Of a stretch of DNA of 63,256 nt, positions 11,778 through 25,795 are shown piece by piece. The notes beneath the pieces are model-generated. The model ran no database searches, was not told the origin of the DNA, and saw only the letters and a list, made by a program, of their open reading frames with translations. The position numbers were made by a program, and so were the translations under genes. The DNA is from Octopus bimaculoides (lineage: Eukaryota): contig NC_068995.1 of the NCBI RefSeq assembly GCF_001194135.2, positions 12,455,609 through 12,518,864 on the forward strand, read 5' to 3'. Every line of letters starts with the position of its first letter. Positions within the stretch are counted from its first letter, which is position 1.

Positions 11778-13185
11778 CTTCTTTTTAGCTTTTGGTTTTG
11801 CTGTAGTTGTATTTTGATTTTGAATCCGTTTAAATTTTCTTGTTTTTTTATCGTTTGGCGTCTATTTTGGGCTTTGTGTGTGTGTNNNNNNNNNNNNNNN
11901 NNNNNNNNNNNNNNNNNNNNNNNNNNNNNNNNNNNNNNNNNNNNNNNNNNNNNNNNNNNNNNNNNNNNNNNNNNNNNNNNNNNNNNNNNNNNNNNNNNNN
12001 NNNNNNNNNNNNNNNNNNNNNNNNNNNNNNNNNNNNNNNNNNNNNNNNNNNNNNNNNNNNNNNNNNNNNNNNNNNNNNNNNNNNNNNNNNNNNNNNNNNN
12101 NNNNNNNNNNNNNNNNNNNNNNNNNNNNNNNNNNNNNNNNNNNNNNNNNNNNNNNNNNNNNNNNNNNNNNNNNNNNNNNNNNNNNNNNNNNNNNNNNNNN
12201 NNNNNNNNNNNNNNNNNNNNNNNNNNNNNNNNNNNNNNNNNNNNNNNNNNNNNNNNNNNNNNNNNNNNNNNNNNNNNNNNNNNNNNNNNNNNNNNNNNNN
12301 NNNNNNNNNNNNNNNNNNNNNNNNNNNNNNNNNNNNNNNNNNNNNNNNNNNNNNNNNNNNNNNNNNNNNNNNNNNNNNNNNNNNNNNNNNNNNNNNNNNN
12401 NNNNNNNNNNNNNNNNNNNNNNNNNNNNNNNNNNNNNNNNNNNNNNNNNNNNNNNNNNNNNNNNNNNNNNNNNNNNNNNNNNNNNNNNNNNNNNNNNNNN
12501 NNNNNNNNNNNNNNNNNNNNNNNNNNNNNNNNNNNNNNNNNNNNNNNNNNNNNNNNNNNNNNNNNNNNNNNNNNNNNNNNNNNNNNNNNNNNNNNNNNNN
12601 NNNNNNNNNNNNNNNNNNNNNNNNNNNNNNNNNNNNNNNNNNNNNNNNNNNNNNNNNNNNNNNNNNNNNNNNNNNNNNNNNNNNNNNNNNNNNNNNNNNN
12701 NNNNNNNNNNNNTATACATGCTTTCAAAATAGTGCATATCTTGTAATGTTCTTCAGCAAACTGCATTCTTTTCATTAATACAAACTAAACAAGCGTTTTG
12801 TTTCATTTTTACGAGGATACATCTTCCGTCTTATTCATCGTAATTTAACTTGAATTTATTGTGTCTTGCTTAGAGAAGGATTTCGTTGTTCATTGTCTCA
12901 TTTATTGAAATTTTATTGAATTATTCAACTGTCTCGTTCATTACGTTACAATATTCAAAAGCATCCTGTCGTAAATATAATTAGAGAACGCCACCTTCAC
13001 AACACATTTTCATATATATGAATGTATGCATGCATATATGTATGTATATATATGTTTGTGGTTGTGTGTGTGTGAGATTGCATCTTTGTGTTTAAGTGTG
13101 TAACTGTGTGTGTGTGTATATATATATATATGCACACACGTATATATATGTATGAATATATGTATGCATGCATATATATATCTAT

Positions 13186-13231
<46 letters not shown>

Positions 13232-14207
13232 NNNNNNNNNNATGTATATATATATTTCTGTCTCTGTATGTATTTATGTATGTATATATGCTTGCATGTA
13301 TGTATGTATGTGTGCACAAATATGCCTGGTGGTGAAGTAATAGATCCAATTCTATTAGGTGACAATTACCAGCTGTCCAATTATTGAAGCAGCATTTAAG
13401 TAATATATATAATGTTAAATGGTGCGTTCTTTGATAGGAGAGCTCTTAATGCTTTCTTTTCATCAATCTATTATCTATTCATATATATATTTATTTACTA
13501 TGATACCTTTTCCCTCAGTATCACAGCAACACATACGTACTGTTTCTTGCTTTTTTCGACATTATTTTCTGTCTGAAGCATACGCTTTACAGCAAAGAAA
13601 GTTCTTACTAACACTGTTTTGATCCTAGGGCGAAGATTTTATTCAATGTTTAGCCAGTAATTAGCCCACTAAATGTTACAGGGTTAAGGCAAAATCTGTC
13701 ATGCATTTATTTCATCACGTTTTCTCATGAAGTATTATAATGCATGTGTGGGCAGTTAACTAAAACAGACATACTGAGCAGAGACAATTAAATCCAGAAA
13801 CACAAACTCTGATCATACAAAATTTTATGAAGAAATTATCATTTCCCTTGTATTAACTCTTCGCTCGGTAACGCTAACATCGATGGCAGCGGGTTTTGAA
13901 CTGGCCAATGAATGGTTTACTGCATTTCACCTATGACGTGAAGGAGGAGAGAGTGTTATCTGTATGGCTGGATGTACAAATTTAATCGGATTTTTGTCAC
14001 TGATGGTAAAACCATATACTATCTACTTATATCTCACTACTTCTGCCTTCGTACACACCGTATAATTTTTTAATTCACATTACTTGATTCACCAGAGGAA
14101 CACCTCGCCAAAAACATTACTAAAGCCTGAATGACAGAATAAACCACAGTCTGACAAACACAGACACATAAACATACACACACACACATAGGAGTATATA
14201 CATATAT

Positions 14208-14348
14208 ACGACGTTTCCGTCTACCAAATCCACTCAGAAGGCTTTGGTCGGCCCGAGGCTATAGTAGAAAACACTTTCCGAAGATGCCACGCAGTGGGAC
14301 TGAACCCGGAACCATGTTGTTGGTAAGCAACCTACTTACCACACACCT
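14208..14348 (-). mobile_element. SINE family A, 5' half
   Basis: Reverse complement of TGTGGTAAGTAGGTTGCTTACCAACAACATGGTTCCGGGTTCAGTCCCACTGCGTGGCATC...TTTGGTAGACGGAAAC. Confidence 0.9.
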
Positions 14349-14672
14349 GTTTGGTAAGTTTTATCACAGTGTTTAGTGAAAAAATAAATCAGAAGTATAC
14401 AACATAGCTGTATCGTATTTTACTGATCTGTGTATGCAACATGGCTGTACCGTATTTAACTAACTTGAGAACAGTGGAACTCAAAGACAACTGTTTGTGG
14501 TTGAAGTATTTGAATATAATTAATACGAGCACAGAAGTTATTAGACCGTGAGGAAGAGTGTTCCAGAACATTTATTAGCCCAACCCACCTTTGATGACAA
14601 ATTCAATCGGCAAGCATTCTAATGGCATTCAGAGACAAATGAAGTTTAATTTAATTTGTTTTTTAAAATGAT

Positions 14673-15062
14673 TATGGCTGTGTGGTTAAGAAGCTCAATT
14701 TACAACCAAGCGGTACGTGTTCAGTGTCATTGCGTGGCACCTTGGGAAAGTGTCTTCCACTATGTGTATTTGATAGGCGAAAACTGTGTGGAACCCGCTG
14801 AGTATATGTGTATGTATGTGTGAGTCAATGTGACTGTACACGTTTTGAGTTGGTACTTGGCACCCTCCACCACTAAACAACCGGTGTTGTTTTATTTACG
14901 TTCCCGCAAACTAGCTGCTCAGCTAATGTGACCGATTGGAAGCGTACAAGGTTGGCAATAAAAATAAGTACTAGGATTGATTTGTCTAATTAAAACCTTT
15001 GATGGTGATACCCATGCATGGTCATGGTTCAATGATTGAAATAAATTAAAGATATAAGATAG
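14673..15062 (+). mobile_element. SINE family A, diverged near-full-length copy
   Basis: Head ATGGCTGTGTGGTTAAGAAGC...TGCGTGGCACCTTGGG, internal TG tract, CAACCGGTGTTG, and tail AATGATTGAAATAAATTAAAGATATAAGATAG. Confidence 0.75.
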
Positions 15063-15264
15063 AAAAAAAAAACAGATACCGGATATAGTGAAAAATTCGT
15101 GTAAAGAGAAGAAATTTCAATCACGAAAAAGTTTATAGTTAATAAACAATCAACGCCATTAGTTCATGCCTTCATGTGGTTAGCACCAGGCATGGTTTTA
15201 CACATACAAGAGAACAAAATTGATAACTCTGTTGTCACGGCTTATGTTTCACTGTGAACGCACT

Positions 15265-15490
15265 GTAGTGCACTAACGATCGCGAGATCGTGGTTTCCAT
15301 TCGCGAGCCAAGTGGTGCGTTATGTTCTTCAGCAAAACATTTCGTTTCACATTACTCCAATCCGCTCAATTCTAAATGATTAACTCTGCGATAGATTCAT
15401 GCCCTATTCAGGGTGGGGATAATGTTGTGATCTTAGTCATTTATACGTCTAGACAACCGAGTAATCTACCCTATGAGTCCCAGGACTCGA
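15265..15490 (+). mobile_element. Diverged tRNA-derived SINE, family D
   Basis: ACGATCGCGAGATCGTGGTTTCCATTC head, central TTTCACATTACTCCAATCCGCTCAATT...AAATGA domain and CCTATGAGTC tail; similar to 21760-21991. Confidence 0.55.
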
Positions 15491-16639
15491 GATTGTAATG
15501 TTTAAAGGACATACTATTATTATTTATTGTATTTCATTGTTTTTTTTTTATAGTGATTAATTACGATTATTCGTTTAATATATACGACAGCTGATCTCAT
15601 GTTTTTGTCATGAACCATTCTTCATTCCATTCTGTACCTCACTTTATTGTTTATTGTTTTGTTTTTATATGCAGCATTATAGAAATCAGCTTCGTTGAGA
15701 TAAACTTTTGGAAACGGAATTATTGATTCTAGAGTAATTTCTACATGTTATTTGATGCTATGGATTTAGCTGTTTTAAGCAAAGTTCTGTTAGGGAAAAG
15801 AATCAGGAAACATCGTTGCTTACTTCGTTACTTTGTAGATCCAACAGCCCATCTTTAAAATTTTCGGTATCACATAAGTTCGATAAGAATAGTTACCGGA
15901 TCCAGCCATCAAGAGTTTCCTTCATATGTGCTTCTCAAACTTATCCTCAAGCTGTGACAGATGATTACCAATTCCTGCTTTCGACGATGCATCGATTTCC
16001 GGTTACTCTCGAATCCTTCCTACAAGCACGGAAAATCAAAGGGAATATTCTTTATCAGTTTACCATTCCAAATTGAGACCATTTTCTTAAACGCCTTAAT
16101 CCTACCAAGTCACTGCAACCTGTTTGTTTAGAATTTCTGTATTCCTAATTTCTGTTTATTGAAATACCCGAATACATCTGACAAAAAGAAATTCATATCA
16201 TACCATTTTTTCTTCCAAATTGTTTCTGTTCTTGCGGAAGAAAACAGCAATTTTCTGAGACATGATAATAACCTTTTGTCAGCGTACAGCAGCATGGGAA
16301 AACAGCAGTACTTGATTTCCAACTCTTAATTTCTTGCAGAAACACTTGATATTCCAGTGAATGAGAGCTTTGCTTCGCCCGAAGATTTAAAAACTCTACT
16401 TATGACCACATGAAGTGTTGCGGCTAAAGTCTAAGCAACAATTTTATGTTGACCATTAACACAGTGGTAAGTATTTAACGTTTGGTATACTGTTTTCAAC
16501 AAACCTGCAAAACAGAAGATGTAACCAATCATGGCAAAGCTCCCAGGAGGTTTCACTGCGATTTATAATCAAGATATAAAGTACCAGCAACTTTAAAAGT
16601 GATTAGGAAGTGGTTCGCCAATCAGAAACTCTTTCTTCG

Positions 16640-16869
16640 GTGCGAGCTGACAGGAACGTTAGCACGCCGGGCGAAATGCTTAAAAGGTATTTCGTCTGCC
16701 GTTACGTTCTGAGTTCAAATTCCGCCGAGGTCGACTTTGTCTTTCATCCTTTCGGGGTCGATAAATAAAGTACCAGTTACGCACTGGGGTCGATGTAATC
16801 GACTTAATCCGTTTGTCTGTCCTTGTCTGTCCCCTCTATGTTTAGCCCCTTGTGGGCAATAAAGTAATA
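16640..16869 (+). mobile_element. tRNA-derived SINE, family C, full length with 16-bp TSD
   Basis: GCGAGCTGACAGGAACGTTAGCACGCCGGGCGAAATGC...GAGTTCAAATTCCGCCGAGG...CCCCTTGTGGGCAATAAAG. TSD AGAAA(C/T)TCTTTCTTCG at 16624-16639 and 16870-16885. Near-identical to 59129-59362. Confidence 0.95.
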
Positions 16870-17717
16870 AGAAATTCTTTCTTCGAGGCATCATCATGCA
16901 TCTATCGGGTAAATAGCGTTAATTTCCTCATGGATGTGACATTAGTCAATTCATTAACTTGAAAACTAATGAAGAATTAGAGGTGGTGAGATTTCGTGTA
17001 ACTCGTGGGCAACGACACTCGCACTCATTTCAGCAACTCAACTCACGGTTCTATCCATCTAAAAGAACGCAGTTTGGAAATCCACCGGAGGACTTTTCCT
17101 TGATGCAAATATATATATATCTTCAAGCAAAAAATTCCAGAATTGATGTTGGTGACGAACGGAATTCAAGACGTGGAAGATTTCGAATTTTGCTTATCAT
17201 ATCGAGCACGTGTGATTTGTAATCCTTCAATACTACAATCCGTGTCTGGATATTTGCTTTCTAAAAAGCTTCTAGAGTGTATTTAAGTTTTAAATTTGAA
17301 CTGAACGTTATGAAATTGCAAAACGTTTACTGCAATACTATGCTCGATCAGGGCCCCCAAAGCTGTTTTGACAGATGTCAAAACTATACTCGCCCGATTC
17401 AGTTTCTAAATTTGATAGCTTTTATACGGTTTGACTCGTATTGCCACCAATAGGGACTTGGGGTCACTGTAACAGTCAGACCCATTATAACTAGTTATAG
17501 CACCCAGACAAATGAATACAATGTGTAACTGAGAGAAGTTGCAATGATTTTTTCTCAATTTAAAGATAAAGATAGGAGGTTTTTATTGCAATACAAGAAC
17601 GAATTGTATCTGGCCGTGGGTAAGGGAGGAAGACACACATACAAGCAAGGGTATAAGTTGAAGAGTGGTGATGGTAGCGGTGGTGGCGGTGGCGTCATAC
17701 TAGCAGTGAGAGAGGAG

Positions 17718-17759
<42 letters not shown>

Positions 17760-18621
17760 TTGAAAAGTGAAAATGAAAACTATTGTGACGTGTCCGACGT
17801 ATAATAAATTTTCAGTAAAATTTGTTGCCGTTACTTTCGGTACCGATTTCAAATCCCCTCTAGGTCGTGTTGCCCATGGTTTTTCCGAGATAGATAAAAT
17901 AACTGAAATAAAACACAAGCGAAATAATGAGGTCGATGGANNNNNNNNNNNNNNNNNNNNNNNNNNNNNNNNNNNNNNNNNNNNNNNNNNNNNNNNNNNN
18001 NNNNNNNNNNNNNNNNNNNNNNNNNNNNNNNNNNNNNNNNNNNNNNNNNNNNNNNNNNNNNNNNNNNNNNNNNNNNNNNNNNNNNNNNNNNNNNNNNNNN
18101 NNNNNNNNNNNNNNNNNNNNNNNNNNNNNNNNNNNNNNNNNNNNNNNNNNNNNNNNNNNNNNNNNNNNNNNNNNNNNNNNNNNNNNNNNNNNNNNNNNNN
18201 NNNNNNNNNNNNNNNNNNNNNNNNNNNNNNNNNNNNNNNNNNNNNNNNNNNNNNNNNNNNNNNNNNNNNNNNNNNNNNNNNNNNNNNNNNNNNNNNNNNN
18301 NNNNNNNNNNNNNNNNNNNNNNNNNNNNNNNNNNNNNNNNNNNNNNNNNNNNNNNNNNNNNNNNNNNNNNNNNNNNNNNNNNNNNNNNNNNNNNNNNNNN
18401 TGACATACTATTTAATTTGTTGGACGCAAGTTATTTTGAATATCTCTCATGTATATGTGTGTATCTTTGTGCCTTTGGATATATATATATATATATATAA
18501 ACAATAAATTAAATAGAGAGATACAAATGACAATCCAATAGTTTATTTATATTATAATATACCATAATATACTATGAATATAATATAAGATAATATTAAA
18601 AGTTCTTTAAAAAAACAAAAG

Positions 18622-18701
18622 AGCAGACAATTTGTTTCGACTTATAAGCATTATTTGATTTATAAACAATTCAATTCACTTATATAAGTCTCATCAGAGC
18701 T
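18622..18701 (-). ncRNA. Type I hammerhead ribozyme-like motif, family H2 (near-canonical, GUC triplet)
   Basis: Minus strand: AGCT-CTGATGA-GACTTATA[36 nt]TATAAGTC-GAAA-CAAATTG-TC-TGCT. Perfect 8-bp stem II, stem III ACAA-A-TTGT, GUC triplet, stem I of 3 bp plus a U.U mismatch next to the core. Confidence 0.7.
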
Positions 18702-18989
18702 ATGGTTTAAAGCTAGACGAAATTCCGTGTGAAAGGACGGCTGGATTGTAAAAAAATTAATTCAAATGTTTATGTATTATGAGCGTGAGCGTTAACTTTT
18801 CAACTACATAATTACAATTTAAAAAATTATAACGGACAAAATAATTTCTATCTACATATCTATTTCTAACACACGCACATGCAAACACACATACACACAC
18901 ACGCGTGCACACTCACATACACACACACAAGGGCGCACATGCGGATGAAATGAACAGTTTATTATATCAGAACCTAGCGCTTGACTGAT

Positions 18990-19110
18990 CCTTATGTGAT
19001 TCGACTCAAGGAAAGTGAAAAGCGATTTGGACCCCGGCTGTGTTTGAACTCAGTTCGTACAGAAAAGAAACTAAAAAGTGTAAGTACTATTTACCGATTC
19101 AATCCGGCAC
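18990..19110 (-). mobile_element. Highly diverged SINE family C fragment
   Basis: GAAAGTGAAAAGCGATTTGGACCCCGGCTGTGTTTGAACTCAG resembles the reverse complement of the family C body (GAAAGGCAAAGTCGACCTCGGCGGAATTTGAACTCAG). Confidence 0.5.
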
Positions 19111-19603
19111 CGCACCTTACAGATATGGCACTCCACTATCTTCAATTATTTTCCTAATAATATAAATAATATGCTCGGTTCGGAATTTATATTTTATATG
19201 AACATGGCAAGATCTTTTACCATAAGCTGTAGAGATCAAGTAATATTCTGGTTTCGTGTGAATTAATTTTCTGCTTAATACTACAATATGTATAATATGT
19301 ATCCATCTGAAAGAAGTAAGTGGCCGGTCGGTCAGCCAAATTCTTCAAGAGTTTCCATTATTCATATCAACAGAACAAAGCTTTCGAACAAAAATCCAAT
19401 AATAGACTTTCATAAAACATATTTATACATAAATACATAGATACATACAAATATACATATAAATCCATACGAGCATATATTCATATTTATGTAGATATGC
19501 ATTACACATGTACATATGCTCAAACATACATACATACATATACAAATATATATATAAACATATATCTATGTGCTTGTATGTCTGTATCGATATATATATA
19601 ATA

Positions 19604-19637
<34 letters not shown>

Positions 19638-20335
19638 NNNNNNNNNNNNNNNNNNNNNNNNNNNNNNNNNNNNNNNNNNNNNNNNNNNNNNNNNNNNNNN
19701 NNNNNNNNNNNNNNNNNNNNNNNNNNNNNNNNNNNNNNNNNNNNNNNNNNNNNNNNNNNNNNNNNNNNNNNNNNNNNNNNNNNNNNNNNNNNNNNNNNNN
19801 NNNNNNNNNNNNNNNNNNNNNNNNNNNNNNNNNNNNNNNNNNNNNNNNNNNNNNNNNNNNNNNNNNNNNNNNNNNNNNNNNNNNNNNNNNNNNNNNNNNN
19901 NNNNNNNNNNNNNNNNNNNNNNNNNNNNNNNNNNNNNNNNNNNNNNNNNNNNNNNNNNNNNNNNNNNNNTATATATGCCTATGTATTTATATATTTTTTA
20001 AGACCAATCTGCGCCCTTATCACAGCACTAGTTCATTTACATGTCACTTGATTATTTTCGTCTACGTAGTAAATTATTCTCGCTTTACGTAACCATAATC
20101 CATGTGTAAAACGTGTAACTGATGAATTCCTATATGCATTTCTACATAAAAATATTATTGAAACAAAATGAAAAACAAAAACCAAGGACAAAATTGAAGA
20201 ACTGATATAAATAATAGACTAAGCAATGCAATAAGGAGCTTCATATTTCTGGACATATGTATATTAATTCTGATCATTTTTCTGTTCTTCTTCCCCCCCG
20301 CCCCCACCGTCAATCTTTCTTTCTCTTTCTTGTAG

Positions 20336-20367
20336 ATGAAATACGTCTTACGACTTCGTTTAGGAGT
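20336..20367 (+). CDS. Candidate 32-nt micro-exon (phase 1 to 0), xEIRLTTSFRS
   Basis: Very strong acceptor (ctttctttctctttcttgtag|) and donor AGT|gtatgt. Too short to identify. Confidence 0.2.
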
Positions 20368-20925
20368 GTATGTTGGTGAAAAATATTTAATATCAGTTGA
20401 TGTTTCTCGACTTAGAATTTAATATTGCCAATGGAACGCTCCATAGACTTTTGTCGCGAGATAAATATAATAAGTCATGCCTGGAAGCAATGTTTTAACG
20501 ACTGAATACTTACAATTTATTAGAAAGTTTGTCGCAAAAATTCACCTCAAAATTGCATGGATGGATTTTTGCTTTTTCTTCTTTCTCCACGTAGTTTTTA
20601 ACATCCTTTTTTCGTTTTTCTTTCTTTTTTTTTCTTTCAATAAAGAAAAGGTGAAGTGTCGAAAATATATTGTAGATATATATTTTAGAAAAACGACATA
20701 AACACAACAAAAATTAATATAGATTTTGATTTGACTGTTGTACTTTGCGGTGGATACAAAATATTGAATTATTTGTATAGCCAGTACCGAAAGGAAAGGA
20801 AAAAAAACGAAAGCGACGCAGATGGCCGAATTGATAATATGTCAAACTAGTGACAGAGGGGTCAATGGATCGTACTTCACGTCAGCTCTATTCAGAAAAT
20901 AATCTTTCTTATGTACATGCATAAA

Positions 20926-20961
<36 letters not shown>

Positions 20962-21171
20962 TATATGTACGTATGTATGTATGTATGTATGTATGTATAT
21001 GTGTATATATAGTATAAATTATGTACTACACTTGACTGTATATCATAACTAGTGTTACTACTAGCTATAGTAGTAACCAAACCTTTATACTGAAAGCTAA
21101 GAGAATGATAATAATGTATGCGGACCTCTAAATTCAACAGTAGCAATCATACATTATATACTATACATGTT

Positions 21172-21284
<113 letters not shown>

Positions 21285-21759
21285 TCTTGTATTTTGAATT
21301 ATTTGCAATATTCTTGTAAGGAAGGAAGTAGTTTCTAACAAAGATACAAAGCAACATCTTTCACATGTATATAACACAGCAATGTTAGATTTTAGACTTG
21401 AGTAAAGTTTTGCATACTTTTACTGTTCAGCTTATAGATTGTTTTTGTTATTTGCCTGTTAAGTGCAGTGCGTATGTATGTATGTTTCTTTGCTGCTTTT
21501 AATCATTTAAATTCTTTCTCTGAAGAAGAAGCTGGTTTCTAGCCAGGACACAAAGCTCCATCTTTGGAATGTAGATAACGAAAACAATATTCACTAGGTA
21601 AGCGGAAATGTGATTTGGTGATGTCCGTGTCTTTCCCAACGATATTCTAATAACTCAAGTATGCCTGGCTTCTACCAATAGAAAGGAATTGAAACTACGC
21701 CAAGTTTTCTTCAGTATTAATTTCATGTGTCGGTTAGACTCACTGACATTACTTGAGTC

Positions 21760-21991
21760 CTAGGACTAATAAGGCTGGTTACCCGGTTTCCAAGGCATAC
21801 GGGCGCCGGGGATCAGAGCACTTCCCAATGAATGGTACGCTAGTCTGTCACAAGTTTACTCCTTTACTTTTGTAGACTGAAGCAACATGAAATAAAATAA
21901 TTTGCTCAAGAACAGAACGCACCGTACAATCCGGGAATCGAAAACACGACCCGGGGACCGTGAATGTAACACTGTACCCACTAGGCCACGC
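21760..21991 (-). mobile_element. SINE family D
   Basis: Minus strand GCGTGGCCTAGTGGGTACAGTGTT...GTTTTCGATTCCCGG...TTCTTGAGCAAA..TTTATTTCATGTTGCTTCAGTCTAC...GGAAACCGGG. Confidence 0.7.
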
Positions 21992-22574
21992 AGCTTTGTA
22001 GTTAAAGAAACTCATGATTTATAATTAGCAGGCAAGGAGGAAAAATATGATATTGTGGTGTTTGTGTGTGTCTTTCCCCAAAATATCTAAAGACTGAATG
22101 TTACGGCTAGATTCAAGTAATGAAATAGAGAGTGAAGCCGTCTCAATCTCAAGCTTTTCTGGTGCTATCTCTAGCTCTGCGGTGCGGTTGTTGCTTCACT
22201 ATGAGGTATAATGAAAGTGGTCAGCTCTCAACCCAATTCGCATCAAGTCTATAATCTTCGGATGAAACTAAACTTCATATAAATGAAATATAAAACAGGG
22301 GACAACAGACAACAAAAGGAGATTGATAATATAATGAAAATAAGAGAGTGTGGTGTATAAGCCTTTCTCAGTTATTTCCTACTAAGACAAATAGATTGGT
22401 GTCGTCTGGAAATCAACGTAGAGTTGCAACCAAATGCCACTAGGTTAACCTATGACTAACATTGTCATGCTTGTCGAGACACAAAATTTATGTTAAGCAA
22501 AAGCAGTACAAGCTTTTGAATTGGCCACACTGTATGACTAATACATTTGAACCAATAAGATATATTCATTGCAG

Positions 22575-22644
22575 TCTCCTGACATTTTAAAAAGAGCAGT
22601 TAAATTGCTATCAAACCATACACAGCGCCACGTCTTTGGCAAAC
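22575..22644 (+). CDS. Candidate exon (phase 0 to 1), SPDILKRAVKLLSNHTQRHVFGK
   Basis: Acceptor attcattgcag|, donor AAC|gtacgt, open frame. No family recognised. Confidence 0.2.
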
Positions 22645-23888
22645 GTACGTATTAGGTCATGCACTCCAGACTCCATCATGACTAGAACGCTCTTGATCAT
22701 ATGACTCTATGACTGCTTGTTTAGCTTCAGCCCAACTGTAATTGCGTAGATTATAATCAAAGACATTTCAATCTTGACCATTCTTTCTTTTCCATTTCTT
22801 CCTTATTGTTCAATGTGCCCTTCCTCCTTTAAGAGAGTAAACTGTGATTTGAAGCAATATGGCCGCAACTATTGCCAGAATAATCTCGAACACGGTGACG
22901 TCTTCACTGATGTAAATGACAAGAAAGGCAAAGGCTTAAAACCGTCTGGACTGGAACTCCAAATATTTACGTTCATAACGGTATTTTACCATACTTTCCT
23001 ACCTATTCTGTCAGTCATTACTCCCTCTTCTCACCTTACATTCCCAACATAACTGTAATTAGATATCCCGAATTGAAAGTAAACTTATTATTTTTATAAT
23101 CCTAATTGTAATGACATCTCCATGTTATTATTAGTTGTAATTAGCATGTCACACACTATTATGATATCGTCACAAAATTAAGAGCTTCTTAATGCTATTT
23201 TGGAGTATTAATTGCAGTTACACTTTATTGTAGCAATTTCCAATTAGCATCTGACATTCGGCGATTGCAATTACTATTTTATGCGCCGCACGATAGTTAT
23301 TATTTCCTGTCTGGTGACAATTATAGTTCCTTGTAGATATATATATATATACATATATATATATTGGTAGCTATCGATTTTGTCGTTGCTGGCTGCAATA
23401 TGTATAACCGATTAATTCCGATAGCAGACTGTATAATGTAGACATATGTGTGCGCGTGCGAATATATATACNNNNNNNNNNNNNNNNNNNNNNNNNNNNN
23501 NNNNNNNNNNNNNNNNNNNNNNNNNNNNNNNNNNNNNNNNNNNNNNNNNNNNNNNNNNNNNNNNNNNNNNNNNNNNNNNNNNNNNNNNNNNNNNNNNNNN
23601 NNNNNNNATATATATATATGTATATATATATATATGCATATATATACACACACACATGTATAAATATATGTGTGTGCATATATATTTATATATGCACACA
23701 GTTACGTACATACTTGCTTATATATACATATCTAAATACATATGTGTATGAACCTGCATATATATATTCCGTCCTAATTATACAGACACATGCATATGCG
23801 TGTATGTATGTATGTATGTAATCATATATGCATATATACGTGTGTATTCATATACATGTATATATATGCATACGTATGCACACATACA

Positions 23889-23889
<1 letters not shown>

Positions 23890-23981
<92 letters not shown>

Positions 23982-23987
23982 TCTCTG
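23890..23987. repeat. (CT)n microsatellite
   Basis: Read directly. Confidence 0.98.
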
Positions 23988-25589
23988 TGTATGTGTGTGG
24001 GGTGGCGTGGAACACAAGATACATTTATGATTTATAGAAATTATCTCCGATTCCAGAGAAGAAAGACGATTTGTTTGGGGTGCCATTAAAAGGGAGATAA
24101 TCTCAAGAACCAAGTATCAAGAATTCTCCAAACTTGACATTCTATAAAGAAAAAAGAGAATTTATTGACTTGAAAGCAACAAAACAGCTTTGGACACGTG
24201 TTTCTCTCGTAATAACCCTCAACATCCCACTTGACAACACACTATTTTCATGTCTTCTCTGAAAGCGGTGCTGATATTTTATACATCAATATATTTAGTA
24301 TTTTATTAAATAAACTAAGTCTGATCGAAGGCAACGATAGTGATAACTCTGGGCATGTTTCTCTCTTATTAGAACTCCTCAGTCAGGCTGTCTTTGCCAT
24401 AATTTGATACATCTTAGACAGGTACGAGATATAGAGAGTTTAAATCTGATGTGACTAATGTTATATGAATGCTCTTTCGTTCACCACTGCGACAAAGATT
24501 GAATTTATTACTGAATCTAATGATAATTTCGTGATTGCTATTCTGCTGCGCTTGCCTAATAAATATGTTTAAAAATACATATCTTCTCCAGGAACGTAGT
24601 GTAGCGCTGCTTATTATATACGAGCATCAAACAAACAAACCTTTTAGCCGGCTGTCCGACACCCGAGTGTCATGGCCTTTAGTATCCATCGTCGATAAAT
24701 AACAATCAAATAGCAAGCAAGAAAATGAAGCTGCATATTCTACGGTTGAACTTGTTGTCGTTCCTACCTTGAGATTCAAATATTTTATTGTAGATGAAAT
24801 GAGAATATCGTAACTGGGTAAATGCATATAAATGCTTTACCTGTAGACGCAATGCAATTCCAACATCGTTGTGCAAATATTGAAGATACAAGCCAATAAT
24901 TTATCAATTCGGTTATTGCTACGCTAAAATACTGCCATAATATCCAGTTATCCTGACCTTAACGTCAGAACTATAGCATGTTATAAAGGAAGTTGAATAT
25001 AGCATGTCAATGACGGTAATATAATTTGGTGAATTATAATAAAGATAGTTGTCGTAATTTTCGACAAATTCTATAAGAAACTTTGCTACTTCACAGGGAT
25101 TCAGAATACATTAGACAAGTGTCCACAAACATGAAGATTGTATACAAGCTTTTCAGTCTACCTTCGAACAAACAGGCCATTCGCCAGTTTCTATAATAAT
25201 GGAAATCTCTGCTAAGTGAGTCAGAACCAATGTTAGATCAATTAATGTTTGACCCGAGGTTATGGCCGCTAACCTCTACAGTTATTTCCTACAAATCAAC
25301 TGTGGTATCTTTCTGCGTGGGCCTCCCTCACACAATTCACACACTGACATATAATGTTCTCCTGAGATAATTACAACCCGCAATTATATCAGTGACTTAT
25401 CCCAGTGATATCAGATTTATATTTTAAAAAATTGACACCTATTGTGTTTGTGGTGTTGTTTCTTAATACCCGACTTCGTAATTATGTAAGTCTTAAATTA
25501 AAGGTATTCCAACGGTAGCCATAGAGATAGTGTATATAGGAATACAATATTTAATGAGCTCTTTGCCTTTTTTATAAAGATTGTAGGAT

Positions 25590-25795
25590 GTGAAATGAGT
25601 GAGATTTCACTCATCTATAAACAGGGGACCCTGCGGCGGAATAGCCTTCCGATCTGGGGAAATATTGGCCTGCTCGCCAAGCCAGCCGGGTGGCATCATT
25701 CGAAATCTAGAATGACACAAAGCGCGTTGTAACCAGCGACATATAACAACATCTCTATGGTCTAACTGGTCACGTGATCATGTGATTATTGATTT
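25590..25795 (+). mobile_element. Probable diverged SINE body and tail
   Basis: AAATGAGT...ACCCTGCGGCGGAATAGCC...GGTGGCATCATTCGAA...GGTCACGTGATCATGTGAT is recalled as an octopus SINE tail. Single copy in this window. Confidence 0.4.

Noticed and set aside
22804-22980. Protein-like frames on both strands (plus: RVNCDLKQYGRNYCQNN...; minus: hydrophobic FAFLVIYISEDVTVFEIILAIVAAILL...)
   Set aside because: The two readings are mutually exclusive, neither has convincing splice sites at both ends, and neither is recognisable.
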